Shown piece by piece: positions 18,294 to 29,365 of a stretch of DNA of 64,000 nt. Position numbers and translations under genes: made by a program. Each line of letters starts with the position of its first letter. The first letter of the stretch is position 1. The stretch lies in contig CAWDUG010000006.1 of the NCBI GenBank assembly GCA_963805435.1, positions 26,681-90,680 of the forward strand, in the 5' to 3' direction. The notes beneath the pieces are model-generated. The model worked only from the letters and a program-made list of their open reading frames with translations. It made no database searches and was not told where the DNA came from. This stretch comes from an uncultured Gammaproteobacteria bacterium. Lineage in GTDB: Bacteria > Pseudomonadota > Gammaproteobacteria > Steroidobacterales > Rariloculaceae.

Positions 18294-18379
18294 GGATAAT
18301 CAGCTATTTACAGCTGATACAGGTCTGGCCTTCCGGGGTATAGATATATCCCGCGGAAAAGTCGCGCAGGGTCCTGCCC

Positions 18380-19706
18380 TCAGCGCTCCGCACTCTTGCC
18401 CGCGTCGGCGCTCAGAAAGCGGCGCGCGAGCGCGTGATAGATGCCGTCCGGGCACACGAGCCGCGCCGTGCCGTGGGCGATCAACGCCGTCAGCATCAGC
18501 GGCATCAGCATCGCGCGGTCGTTGGTCAGCTCCGTGACGATCACGAACGCCGTGATCGGCGCCTGCACGACACCGGAGAGGTAGGCCACCATGCCGAGCA
18601 GCATCATCGCGCCCACGTCCACCGTCGAGAACAGCCGCGCGATATCCGCGCCAAGACCTGCGCCGATCGCGAGCGAAGGCGAGAAGATACCGCCCGGAAT
18701 TCCGCTCAACGTCGACGTGAGCGTCGCAACGAACTTCAGCGGCATGAACAGCAAGCCGACCGGCGCCGTGCCATCGAGCGCGGCTTTGACCTGGCTGTAA
18801 CCGGTGCCGTACGTCGAATTGCCGGCCGCGATGCCGACGAGCGCGACGACGAGGCCGCACACACCGGCCAGCACGATCGGCCGGCTTCGCGCCCACCGGC
18901 CGAGCACGCTGGCGCCCGAGACGCCGATCACGAGCCGGCTGAATGCGCCGCCCAGCAGGCCGCCCGACACGCCGCACAGAGGTATGCCGAGCCACAGCGC
19001 AATGCCGTGCAGCGCTCCGGTGCTCGTACCGAAGTACGTGTAGTTGCCGACGAGCAGCAGGGAAACGGAGCCGGCAGCCACGACGGTCGCGAGTATCAGG
19101 CCGCTGGTGCGCCGCTCGAACGTCCGCGTGAGCTCCTCGATGCCGAAGATGATGCCGGCGATCGGGGTGTTGAACGCAGCCGCGATGCCGGCCGCGGCCC
19201 CGGCGACGATGAGGCCGGATTGCTTGCGTGGCGATAAACGGCCCACGGCGAACATCAGCGCTGCGCCGACCTGCACGGTCGGACCTTCGCGTCCCGTCGA
19301 TGCGCCACACAGCAAGCCGAACGCCGTGAGCAGGATCTTGCCCGGCGGCGACGCGCAACGACACGAGCTTCTGTCTTACCGCCGTCGTGCCGATGCGGTG
19401 AGCGGCGATGACCTGCGGAATGCCGCTCCCCTGCGAGCCGCTGAAGAAGCGAGTCGTCGCCAGCGCCGCCAGCACGAAACCGAGCGGCGTCACCAGCAAC
19501 GGCCAAAACCTGCCGAGCGCGAGCAGTTTCGCGAACTCGCCCTGCGCCCGGTCGGCCAGCATCGTGAATGCCACGGCCGTCGCGCCGACGGCGATACCGC
19601 CGAGCACGAACAGGGCGCGCTGCTGCCAGCGAATCCGCGTCGCGCGAAGCAGACGCGTGCGGTGCCGCTCCTGCGTCAACCGATCGAACTGCCGCCCAGT
19701 CAACAT
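18380..19706 (-). pseudogene. ClC-family chloride channel/H+-Cl- exchanger, one frame break near 19340
   Basis: From the ATG at 19706 the N-terminus reads ...FFSGSQGSGIPQVIAAH...LVSLRVAAG (frame of ORF 18300..19949). It continues in ORF 18380..19315 as ...LLCGASTGREGPTVQVGAAL...AFNTPIAGIIFGIEEL...GIFSPSL. The conserved GSGIP and GREGP motifs are present. The junction gccggGcaag looks like one extra base. Confidence 0.9.
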
Positions 19707-19765
19707 GCCCAACACCGGCCCTCGAGACTCGCGTCCATGCGTGAACCTTACGCGACGTGGAGTCG

Positions 19766-20900
19766 CTATTCGCCTTTGTTGACGTCGAACACGTGCTGGC
19801 CTTCGACCGGCACGCCGTTGCGGATCTGGTCGTGCTCGACCGCACGCGCCGGAATCGGCAGACCTTTGGCCTTCGCAGCGGCCACCTGGCGCTCGTACGC
19901 GCGCTCGCCCGAGAGCGCGTGGTGCACGGCGCCGTTGCCTTCGTGGCACGAGTACTCGAGCACCTCATAGCCCGGCCGCGACGTGATCATGAGCCTGATC
20001 GTGAACGGTGCGGTATACGCGCCGGGGTCGTCGATCGTGGCGCGGTACTCGATCATTTCGGGATCCACACGCTTGAAGCGCTCCGTGAGTTTCAGGCGCT
20101 CGCTGTTCGGCGGCCCGCCGCCGTTCACACCGATGCCCGTGAGATCCGTGAAGTTCGTGGTCTCGATCACGAGCGTGTCGCCCTCGAAGTGGCCGCGCGC
20201 ACTGCCCAAGTATTGGCGGATGCCGGCGTCGAGCCGGGACCGGCCGTCGAGAGGGATGACCCGCGTGTCGTGGATCATTTCGTAGCTGATCGCGACCGAA
20301 TCCGGGTTCTGCGTGATGCGCAACCCGTTGCCGTAGATCACGGGCAGCAGCGAGCCGAGCACGCCGCGCGTGATGCAGCGGTCGTACAGCGAAAAGTCGG
20401 TCAGACCATCGAACGGGCCGGGCCCGAACGTGCCGCGCGTGCGCTTCGCCGCGAGCTCTTCGCCATGCGCCGTCAGCTTCGGCATCTGTCCGTTCGGGGG
20501 ATCGACGACGAACGACGTATAGCCGAAGCTCCGGATACCGGACTCGTGCTGGAGAAACGTGCCGACGTTGACGTCGAAATCGCGCGTGCCCTCGTCGCTC
20601 GACGCCCGTTTCTTGAATTCCTCGGGCGTCAGGGACTCGCGGCCCGGCCTGGCTGGCCGGCCGGTTCATCGGCACGCCGCGCAGGTCGTCGGTGCTCCAC
20701 ACGCCCTCGAAGCTCGGCTGCCCCCACGACGTGCGCGGCGCCTTCCAGCTCTTGTCGACATGGGCCGCGGCCAGCGTCTCCGCCGGCACGGACCGCAGCG
20801 ACGGCGGTGCTGTTGGCGGCTTCGTCTGAGCCCCGGCTAGCGCCGCCACACCACTCCCGATCGCCGCCGTCAACACGGTGCGGAATCTGGTCTTGGCCAT
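19766..20900 (-). pseudogene. Secreted protein of unknown function (~378 aa), paralogue of 56948..57769, one frame break near 20642
   Basis: The ATG at 20900 follows the RBS AGGGGAAG. The signal peptide is MAKTRFRTVLTAAIGSGVAALAGAQ. After ...NRPASQAG the sequence continues in the frame of ORF 19766..20485 (RESLTPEEFKKR...MPKLTAHGEE...). The C-terminal region DGR...G.F.GDTLVIETTNF...YRATIDDPGAYT...LEYSCHEGN aligns with the 57-kb paralogue. Confidence 0.7.
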
Positions 20901-21102
20901 GACTTCCCCTTACGAGTGTAGTAGCGAGGCCACCCGCCGCACATGCCGCGGAACGGTTCCTCCAGCGCGGATAGTACGGGGCCGCCGGCGTGCTTGGCCA
21001 ACCGCGAGGTTTTCAGCAAACTTCAGACACTGGGACCGGCACGCGGGCTCGTGACGCGCGCGAAGCTCTTATACTCGGGAACCGGTCGCGATCAGCATAA
21101 CT

Positions 21103-22324
21103 ATGGAACAACCCGATCAGGTCATCCAGGCCACGGGTGCAGGTGTCGCTCGATCCAAGCGAGCGAAGTGGGTCTTAGGCGGCAGCGCGCTGCTCGCGGC
21201 GCTCGCCACCTTCGCCTATATCAATCGCACGGGCCCGAGCCGACAGCGAGCACCGCGCTCCACGGCGGCGCCGGTACGCGTGGCCATCGCGACGCGCCGC
21301 GACATGCCCGTCGTCGAACGCACGATCGGCACGGTGCTGGCCAACACGGCCGTGCAGGTGACCTCACGCGTGCAGGGCGTCATCGACGCTGCGCACTTTC
21401 AGGAGGGCGACTTCGTGAAGACCGGCGATCTGCTGTTCCAGATCGACCCGCGCCCGTATCAGGCGGCGCTCGCGCAGGCGCGCGCCCAGCTCGCGAAGGA
21501 TCAAGCCCAGCTGCAGAACGCCGTGAACAGCGAGAAGCGCCTATCGCATCGCTGTTCGAGCAACACCTGTCGTCGTCGGAGAATCTCGATGCTGCTATCG
21601 CGACGACCGGGCAGCGCCCGCGCGACGATCGAGGCCGATCAGGCCGACGATAGCGCTCGCGCAGCTGAATCTCGACTACACGCGGATCCGCTCGCCGATC
21701 GATGGCAAGACGGGGCCCATCCTCGTGCAGCCCGGCAACATGGTCGCCGCCAACAGCACGACGCCGCTCGTGACGATCAATCAGATTCAACCGATCAAGG
21801 TCTCGTTCGCGCTGCCGCAATCCGATTTGCCGCGCATCCAGGCGCGCGCGCGGGCTGGCGGGCTCGACCGCGACCATCGATCAACGCGACGAGGGCGGCC
21901 GAACGTTCGCGGCGCCCGTCGACTTCATCAGCAATCACGTCGACGAGACGAGCGGCACGATCGAGCTGCGAGCCACGTTTCCGAACGCAGATGTCTCGCT
22001 CGTGCCCGGGCAGCTCGTGGACGTGACCGTCGAGCTGGCCGAGATCGCCAATGCGACGGTCGTGCCGCGCGAGGCCGTGAACACGGGGCCGGACGGCCTG
22101 TTCGTCTACGTCGTAACGGCCGCCAATCGCGCCGATCAGCGTGACGTCAAAGTGCTGTTCGACGACGGCGCGGCGACGCGATCGAGGGCGACGTCGAACC
22201 GGGCGAACAGGTCATCGTCGACGGCCAGCTGCGCGTCGTGCCGAACGCGGAAGTGCTCGTCGACGAGCCGACGCACCTGCGACGCGCGGCAGACCCGACA
22301 GCCGACGCCGGCGGCAATCGCTGA
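21103..22324 (+). pseudogene. RND efflux periplasmic adaptor (membrane fusion protein), about 5 frame breaks
   Basis: The N-terminus reads MEQPDQ...VRVAIATRRDMPVVERTIGTVLANTAVQVTSRVQGVIDAAHFQEGDFVKTGDLLFQIDPRPYQAAL. Later segments are found in other frames: YRSLFEQHLSS, LNLDYTRIRSPIDGKTGPILVQPGNMV, GGRTFAAPVDFISNHVDETSGTIELRATFPN, VIVDGQLRVVPNAEV. The breaks fall near 21541, 21612, 21650, 21865 and 22170. The stop TGA is at 22322-22324. Confidence 0.85.
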
Positions 22325-22332
22325 CGGCGATC

Positions 22333-25300
22333 ATGAACATCTCGCGCCGCTTCATCGATTACCCCGTGATGACCACGCTGGTCATGGCCGCGCTCGTGAT
22401 CTTCGGCATGGTCGGCTACTCCACGCTGCCCGTCAGCGAGTTGCCGAACGTGGACTTCCCGACGATCCAGGTGTCGGCGAACCTCGCCGGCGCCGATCCC
22501 GAGACCATGGCGTCGGCCGTCGCGGCGCCGCTCGAGAACGTGTTCTCGACGGTGCCGGGCATCGACTCGATGACTTCCTCGAGCAGCCAGGGCTCGACCA
22601 CCATCACGCTGCAGTTCAAGCTCGACCGCAACATCGACGCCGCCGCGCAGGACGTGCAGGCGGCGATCTCGGAGGCCGCGCGCCGGCTGCCGCAGGACGA
22701 TGGTCGAACCCGCCGACGTTCCGCAAGGAGAACCCGGCGGACTCGCCCGATCCTGTTTCTCGCGCTGAGCTCGAAGACGCTGCCGCTGACGACGGTCGAC
22801 CGCTACGCCGAGACGCTGCTCGCGCGCCAGCTCTCGACGCTGGACGGCGTCGCGCAGGTCAACGTCTTCGGCGCGGCGCACTACGCCGTGCGCATCCAGG
22901 CCGATCCCGCGGCGCTCGCCGCGCGCGGCATCGGCATCGACAGCTCGCGCAGGCCGCGCAAGCCGCCAACGTCAATCAGGCGACCGGCGCGCTGAACGGC
23001 CTCGACGAGGCGAAGATCATCCACACCGAAGGCCAACTGCACAGCGCCGCCGCGTTCCGCCGCCAGATCATCGCCTACCGCAACGGCGCGCCGGTGCGCA
23101 TGGCAGGACGTCGCGAACGTCATCGACAGCGTCGACAGCGTTCGCGAGGGCAACTGGTGTCGCGGCGAGCCGCGCCATCACGGTCGCGATCATGCGCCAG
23201 CCGGGCTCGAACACGATCGCCGTGGTGGACGCGCGTCAAGGCCGTGCTGCCGAGCTTCCAGGCAGCGTTGCCGGCCGGCATCGACCTCGCGATTCGCCAC
23301 GATCGCAGCGAAACGATCCGCGCCTCGGTCGACGACGTGCAGAGCACGCTGTTGATCGCCGGCGTGCTCGTCGTCGGCGTGATCTTCCTGTTCTTGCGGC
23401 GCGGTGTCGGCGACGATCATTCCGTCGCTCGCGCTGCCCATCGCGGTCATCGGCACGTTCGCCGGCATGGCCGTGCTCGGCTACAACCTCGACAACCTGT
23501 CGCTGATGGCGCTGACGTTGTCGGTGGGCTTCGTCGTCGACGACGCCATCGTGATGCTCGAGAACATCGTGCGGCACATCGAGAAGGGCGAGAAGCCCTA
23601 CGCGGCCGCGCTGCCGGCTCGTCGCGAGATCGGCTTCACGATTCTGTCGATGACCGTGTCGCTCGCCGCCGTGTTCATCCCGATCGTGTTCATGGGCGGC
23701 ATCGTCGGCCGGCTGCTGCACGAGTTCGCCGTCACGATCATCATCGCGGTGCTGTTCTCCGGCGTCGTCTCGATCACGCTGACGCCGATGCTGTGCGCGC
23801 GCGCGCTCAAGCAGGAGCACGGCCGCAAGCACAACGTCTTCTACCGCGCGAGCGAGCGCGCGTTCGACGCGCTTCAGAGCGCCTATCACCGCAGCCTGCT
23901 CTGGAGCCTCGCTCACAAGCCCACGATCATCGGGCCTGTTCGTCGCGAGCATCGCCGCGAGCGTCGGTTTGTTCATGGTCATGCCGCAGGATTTCCTGCC
24001 GAGCGACGATATCGGCATGCTCGGCGTGAACGTTCAGGCGGCCAACGGCACGTCATACGAGCGCATGGTGGACTACGGCAGACAGCGTCGCGGACATCGT
24101 CAATGCAGACCCCAACGTCGCCGGCGCCATGCTGCAAGTGGGCTCCAACGGCGCAGGCTCGAACAGCGCGAACGTGCGGATCATGCTGAAGCCGCTCGAG
24201 GAGCGCGCGCTCTCGGCCGAGGAGGTCGCGCGCGAGCTGCGACCGCAAGCTCGCCAATCTCACGGGCGTTAACGTGTTCATCACGAACCCTCCGTCGATC
24301 CGCATCGGCGGCCGTAACTCACGCTCGAGCTATCAATACACGCTGCAAGGCATCGACCTGACTCAGTTGCAGCGCGTCTCGACGGAGCTCGTTGACGAAG
24401 CTGCAGACCGACGCGCGGGCTTCGTCGGCGTCAACAGCGACTTCGAACGCGCGGCACCGTCGCTCGAGGTGGACATCGACCGCGATCGGGCCGCGGCGCT
24501 CGGCGTCTCGGCCGCCGCAGATCGAGGCTGCCATGGGCTACGCGTTCGGCGGTCAGCAGGTCTCGCAGATCTACGCCTCGAACGACCAATATCAGGTCAT
24601 TCTCGAGCTGTTACCGGAGTTCCAGCGCAACGCCGCTGCGCTGAAAACCCTGTATGTCACGGCGAGCGGGCGGCAAGCTCGTGCCGCTCAGCGCGGTAAC
24701 GCGGGCGACCACGAGCACGATTCCGCTCAGCGTGAATCATTCCGGCTCGCTGCCCGCCGTGACCATCTCGTTCGACCTGGCCGAGGGCTATGCGCTCAGC
24801 GACGCCGTGGCCGGCATCGAGCAGTGCGAGTGCGGAGATCGGCATGCCGGCCACGGTCACAGGCAACTTCCAGGGTACGGCCGGCGCATTCCAGACGGCG
24901 ACTCAGAACATGGGCCTGCTGCTCTTGATCGCGATCGTCGTGGTCTACATCGTCCTCGGGATTCTCTACGAGAGCTTCATCCACCCGTTGACGATTTTGT
25001 CGGGACTCCCGTCGGCGGCCGTCGGTGCGTTGCTGACGCTCTACATCGCCGGGCTGCCGCTCACGCTATACGCCTTCGTCGGCATGATCATGCTGATCGG
25101 CATCGTCAAGAAGAACGCCATCATGATGGTCGACTTCGCGCTGCAAAAACGGCGCTCCGATTCGGGCGTCTCGCCGGAGCATGCGATCTACGAGGCCGCC
25201 GTGATCCGCTTTCGACCCATCATGATGACGACGATGGCTGCGATGATGGGCACGCTGCCGATCGCGCTCGGCACCGGCATGGGCGCGGATTCGCGGCGAC

Positions 25301-25458
25301 CGCTCGGCCTGTGCGTCGCCGGCGGGTTGCTGCTCTCGCAGCTGCTGACGCTGTACATCACGCCCGTGATCTACGTCTATCTCGACAGGCTCGGGGCCCG
25401 CGTGCTGAACCGCGAGCTGCCTGTCGTCGCACGGCACGAGCTAGAGCCTCAGCGCTGA
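22333..25458 (+). pseudogene. RND (HAE1, AcrB/MdtB-like) efflux pump inner-membrane subunit, about 13 frame breaks
   Basis: The N-terminus is MNISRRFIDYPVMTTLVMAALVIFG and the C-terminus is ...[30 protein letters not shown]. Conserved segments alternate between the three forward frames. The changes fall near 22698, 22745, 22940, 23103, 23171, 23233, 23403, 23930, 24075, 24247, 24512, 24668 and 24830. No outer-membrane factor gene follows. Confidence 0.95.
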
Positions 25459-25494
25459 GCTTTCGGCACTTAGGGTTCTAGGCGACAAACGGGC

Positions 25495-28140
25495 TCAGTC
25501 GAGTGGCTGCGGCTGGTACGCTCGGAACAGCGCCGCGAACTCGACTGGCGTAACCGGCGTGCTGAAGTAGTAGCCCTGCATCTCGTCGCAGGAGCGCTCG
25601 CGCAGGAACGCCTGTTGTTCCGGCGTCTCGACACCTTCGGCGACGACCGTGAGACTCAGCGTCTTGCCCATCGCGATGATCGCTTCGGTAATCGCACGAT
25701 CCTCCGGGTCCCTGGCTACCTCGCGGATGAACGAGCGGTCGACCTTCAACGTGTCGATCGGGAATCGCTTCAAATGCGCCAGCGACGAGTACCCCGTGCC
25801 GAAATCGTCGATCGCGAGCCGCACGCCCAGCGCCTTGATCGCGGTGAGAACCATGACCGCCCGCTCGGAGTTCTGCATGATCGTGCTCTCGGTGACCTCG
25901 AGCTCCAGCAGGTAGGGCGGCATTCCAGTATCGCGCAACACTTTCTCGATCTCTTCGATGAGGTCGTCGTCGTTCATCTGTCGCATCGACAGGTTCACCG
26001 ACATGCGAATCGCCGGCAGCCCCTCGCGCTGCCACGCCATATTCTGGGCGCAGGCTTCATGTAGCACCCACTTACCGATCGGCACGATGAGGCCGGTCTC
26101 CTCGGCAAGCGGAATGAACTGGGCAGGTGACACCGACCCGAGTTCCGGAGTGTGCCAACGCAGCAGCGCCTCGACTCCCGTGATGCTGCCGGTGCGGAAA
26201 TCGACCTTGGCTTGATAGTGGAGCGAAAACTCGTTGTTCTCGAGCGCGCGGCGCAGGTTGGTCTCGAGCGTGAGCCGCTCGATCGAGTGCGCCTGCATAT
26301 CGTCGGTGTAGAACTGGTAGTTGTTCTTGCCCTCCTCTTTGGCCAAATACATCGCCATGTCCGCGTACTTCATGACGGCGTGTTCGTCCTGGCCTTGCCC
26401 CGGGTGCATGCAGACACCGATGCTGGCCGTCACGCGGCATTCGTGGCCCAGGATCACGACCGGTTTCATGACGGCGGAGAGGATGCTGCGCGCGATCGTA
26501 CCGACCTGGGTTTCGCTGTTGACTTCCTGCAGCAGCACGACGAACTCGTCGCCGCCGAGCCGCGCCACGACGTCGCTGGCACGCACACAGTCCTTCAGGC
26601 GCGCCGCGATCTCGCGCAACAGCACGTCGCCCGCCTCGTGGCCGAGCGTGTCGTTGATGATCTTGAACCGGTCGAGGTCCACGAACAGCACCGCGAACTC
26701 GCGCTTGTAGCGGCGCACCGTTTCGGTGGCGAGCGCCAGCAGCTCCATGAACATGGCGCGATTCGGCAGGCCCGTGAGCCCGTCATGAGTGGCGAGGTAC
26801 TGGATCTTCTCTTCGGCACGCCTGCGATCGGAGATGTCCTCGACGATCGACACGTCGTACGCCGGTCGGCCGCGACGATCACGTTTGACCGCGATCGTCA
26901 GGCCCACCCACAGCGGCGCTCCGTCCCTGCGCAGGTAGCGCTTCTCGACCTTGAACGACTTGATCGCGCCGGACCGTAGCTGCTCGCGCAGATCGTCCGT
27001 CATGCCAGCGTCGTCGGGATGCGTGATCTGCGCGACCGTGAGCTCGAGCATCTCAGGCTCACCGTACCCCAACATCTCGCAGAGCTGAGGGTTTGCGTAG
27101 ATGAAACGACCGTGGTCGCCGACGTGTGCGATCCCGATGGCTGCGAGCTCCATGGTGGAGGAGAAACGTTGTTCGCTTTCGCGCAGGTCCTCGATGTCGA
27201 CGGCGCGCTGATAGAAGTGGCCGACCTCCGCCGCCGCGACTCGTAGCACGCGGACCAGGCCCTGATCGGGCGGTGCAATCCGGGGCGCGTAGAACTCGAG
27301 CACGCCGAGGACGGCGCCACGCGAACGAACCGCGACGAACAATCCGGAAGACCAATCCACGTCGGCCAACAGCGGTGTGCCGGCCGTTCGCGGGTCCGTC
27401 TTTAGCTCGGCGATCCACACGGGCTCACCATGGGCGGGGAGCCAGCTCGGAGCTTCCTGCAGCGCGCCGATGATCGATTGACCGCTACTGTTTGCACCCG
27501 GCGCGATCGAGTGCGTGGCGGGAGTGCCCCAACCGCCACACCAACGCAGCCGATCCTGCTGCTCGTCGTGCCCCCAGAATGCGCCCGCGGCCCACCCTTG
27601 TAGCTCGCAGATCGAGTGCACGAGAACCTTTAGCGCCCCCGCCACGCCATCAGTCTCGGCGAGGATCCGCGCGATCGTGTGCTCGAGCTGCTGGAGACGT
27701 TCGGCGCGCATTACGACGCTGACGTCCTGCGCGATGCCACGGTAGCCGCAGAAGCCGAGTTCAGCGTCGAAGATCGGCTGACCGCTGAAGCTCACGAAAC
27801 GCGTCGCCCCGTGACCGTCGGTCAGAGGCAGGATCAGGTCGCGAAAGGCCTGGCGCTCGGCGAACCGCTCGCGCTGTGTATTCCAATCGTTGGCACCGAC
27901 AGGCGCGGCGCACAGATCGGCCATGGTCTTGCCGCTGAGCTGCTCGAAGCAACCCGCGACTTCAGCCGGCTGGCGCGCCTGGCATAGCGTGAAACGCAGG
28001 GCGTCGTCCTGCTCCCAGTAGCAATCCGCCGCGAGCTCGACGACGCATTGCAGCCGGGCCTGCGCCTGGCGCAGCGCTTCCCCCCGCGCTGCTACACCGC
28101 TCTCCGGTTTGCGCGCGGCAGCTCCCTTCCTGGCGCTCAT
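25495..28140 (-). CDS. PAS-GAF-PAS-GGDEF-EAL cyclic-di-GMP signalling protein, 881 aa
   Basis: The ORF is uninterrupted. It carries the GGDEF motif ([12 protein letters not shown]), the EAL motif (VEALLRW...ELEVTES...[10 protein letters not shown]) and PAS/GAF-like N-terminal modules. Confidence 0.95.
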   Translation of the reverse strand: MSARKGAAARKPESGVAARGEALRQAQARLQCVVELAADCYWEQDDALRFTLCQARQPAEVAGCFEQLSGKTMADLCAAPVGANDWNTQRERFAERQAFRDLILPLTDGHGATRFVSFSGQPIFDAELGFCGYRGIAQDVSVVMRAERLQQLEHTIARILAETDGVAGALKVLVHSICELQGWAAGAFWGHDEQQDRLRWCGGWGTPATHSIAPGANSSGQSIIGALQEAPSWLPAHGEPVWIAELKTDPRTAGTPLLADVDWSSGLFVAVRSRGAVLGVLEFYAPRIAPPDQGLVRVLRVAAAEVGHFYQRAVDIEDLRESEQRFSSTMELAAIGIAHVGDHGRFIYANPQLCEMLGYGEPEMLELTVAQITHPDDAGMTDDLREQLRSGAIKSFKVEKRYLRRDGAPLWVGLTIAVKRDRRGRPAYDVSIVEDISDRRRAEEKIQYLATHDGLTGLPNRAMFMELLALATETVRRYKREFAVLFVDLDRFKIINDTLGHEAGDVLLREIAARLKDCVRASDVVARLGGDEFVVLLQEVNSETQVGTIARSILSAVMKPVVILGHECRVTASIGVCMHPGQGQDEHAVMKYADMAMYLAKEEGKNNYQFYTDDMQAHSIERLTLETNLRRALENNEFSLHYQAKVDFRTGSITGVEALLRWHTPELGSVSPAQFIPLAEETGLIVPIGKWVLHEACAQNMAWQREGLPAIRMSVNLSMRQMNDDDLIEEIEKVLRDTGMPPYLLELEVTESTIMQNSERAVMVLTAIKALGVRLAIDDFGTGYSSLAHLKRFPIDTLKVDRSFIREVARDPEDRAITEAIIAMGKTLSLTVVAEGVETPEQQAFLRERSCDEMQGYYFSTPVTPVEFAALFRAYQPQPLD

Positions 28141-28347
28141 GAAGGCTTCCTAAGGCAGACGAGACCCTAGCTCCCCCCGGAGCCCGCGGGCTGCGACTGA
28201 AGAATGACGAGCAATCGTATGCAGACGCTAACAATCCCCACGTTGAGCACGTCTCACTTCCACACCCGCATCCGCGACGCAGTTCACGACTGGGCCGTTT
28301 TGGTGCGGCGAGCGCCGGCCGCGGAGGCTGGGACGACTACGCCCGCG

Positions 28348-28695
28348 TCAGAACAGTCTCTCGATGTTCTCAGGCGGCCGGCCGAGGACCGCACGCTTGT
28401 CGACGACCACGATCGGCCTCTCGATCAGGATCGGGTGGCGTACCATCGCCGCGATCCACTGCTCGGCCGACAGTGTCTTGCCGGCATAGTGCTGCTTGTA
28501 GACGGCCTCGCCCTTGCGCACGAGATGCGCGGGCTCGATGCCGAGCTTGGCGACGAGCGCAGCAAGCTCGGCGGCAGTCGGCGGCGTTTTCAGATACTCG
28601 ACGACGACTATGTCGACACCGCGTTTTCCCAGCAGCTCCAGCGTTGCGCGGCTCTTGCTGCACTTCGGGTTGTGGTAGATCGTGACCTGTTGCAC
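28348..28695 (-). CDS. arsC: ArsC/Spx-family reductase
   Basis: From the GTG at 28695 (RBS GGAG 7 nt upstream) the protein reads QQVTIYHNPKCSKSRATLELL...HPILIERPIVV. The ORF-track start (TTG 28758) adds 21 poorly conserved residues. Confidence 0.8.
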   Translation of the reverse strand: MQQVTIYHNPKCSKSRATLELLGKRGVDIVVVEYLKTPPTAAELAALVAKLGIEPAHLVRKGEAVYKQHYAGKTLSAEQWIAAMVRHPILIERPIVVVDKRAVLGRPPENIERLF

Positions 28696-28847
28696 GCCGT
28701 CGCTCCATCCGACTGATGAAGCGCCGATTATCGCAAAGCGCGCGGGCTTTCGCGGCAAAGCGACGTGGGTCGCAATTTCGCTCGGCGCCGCTGGTCATCG
28801 CCGCGAGCGGGCGTCAGGCTTGCTCAACGATCTCGTGACCCACGTCT

Positions 28848-29357
28848 ATGGACCGGCCCGCAGACTCCACCACCACCGCTAACCCGACCGCGTCGAACGG
28901 CACGGTCAGGACGCTCGTCGAGCGCCGCGTCAGTCAAGTCGACCGTCGGCGTTTGAGCGTACGCAGCATCCTGCGGGGAGCGTTCAGTCCGCGCCGGCGC
29001 GCCGGGCGACGAACCAGCGACGAAGACACGCCGATCGACTGGCATCGTCCGCACCTGATGTTCCTATCGCTCGTCATGCTGGGGCTCAGCGTCGCCGACG
29101 CGTTCTTGACCGTCACGTTGCTGAACAGCGGCGCGGAGGAAGCCAACCCGCTGCTCGCCCTGTTCGTGACCTTGCACCCATCGCTGTTTGCGGCCGTCAA
29201 AATGGCGTTGACCGGCGTCAGCATCGTGCTGCTCGTGGCCGTCGCACAGAGCCGACTGTTCCGTGTGATTTCGGGCAGGCTCGTGTTTCAGAGCCTCGTG
29301 CTCGCCTACCTCGCGCTCGTGCTCTACGAGTCGTGGCTGCTGCGAGTGATGGGCTAG
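28848..29357 (+). CDS. DUF5658-like small membrane protein with an Arg-rich N-terminal tail
   Basis: The C-terminal ~100 aa form three or four hydrophobic helices (HLMFLSLVMLGLSVADAFLTVTLLNSGAEEANPLL...). The N-terminus is Arg-rich (ERRVSQVDRRRLSVRSILRGAFSPRRRAGRR). The family name is from memory and the start is uncertain. Confidence 0.55.
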   Translation: MDRPADSTTTANPTASNGTVRTLVERRVSQVDRRRLSVRSILRGAFSPRRRAGRRTSDEDTPIDWHRPHLMFLSLVMLGLSVADAFLTVTLLNSGAEEANPLLALFVTLHPSLFAAVKMALTGVSIVLLVAVAQSRLFRVISGRLVFQSLVLAYLALVLYESWLLRVMG

Positions 29358-29365
29358 AACGGCGG

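Noticed and set aside
22002-24029. The 675-aa ORF 22002..24029 as a single gene.
   Set aside because: Only short stretches of it carry RND or MFP sequence: the MFP C-terminus, SNPPTFRKENPADSP, QLAQAAQAANVNQATGAL..., and VKAVLPSFQAALPAGIDL.... The rest is an out-of-frame read-through of the broken efflux genes.
28170-28195. The 12-bp perfect palindrome AGCCCGCGGGCT upstream of the GGDEF-EAL gene, as a regulatory site or terminator.
   Set aside because: It is a GC-only short palindrome of a kind expected frequently in ~70 percent GC DNA. It has no T-run and no second copy in the window.
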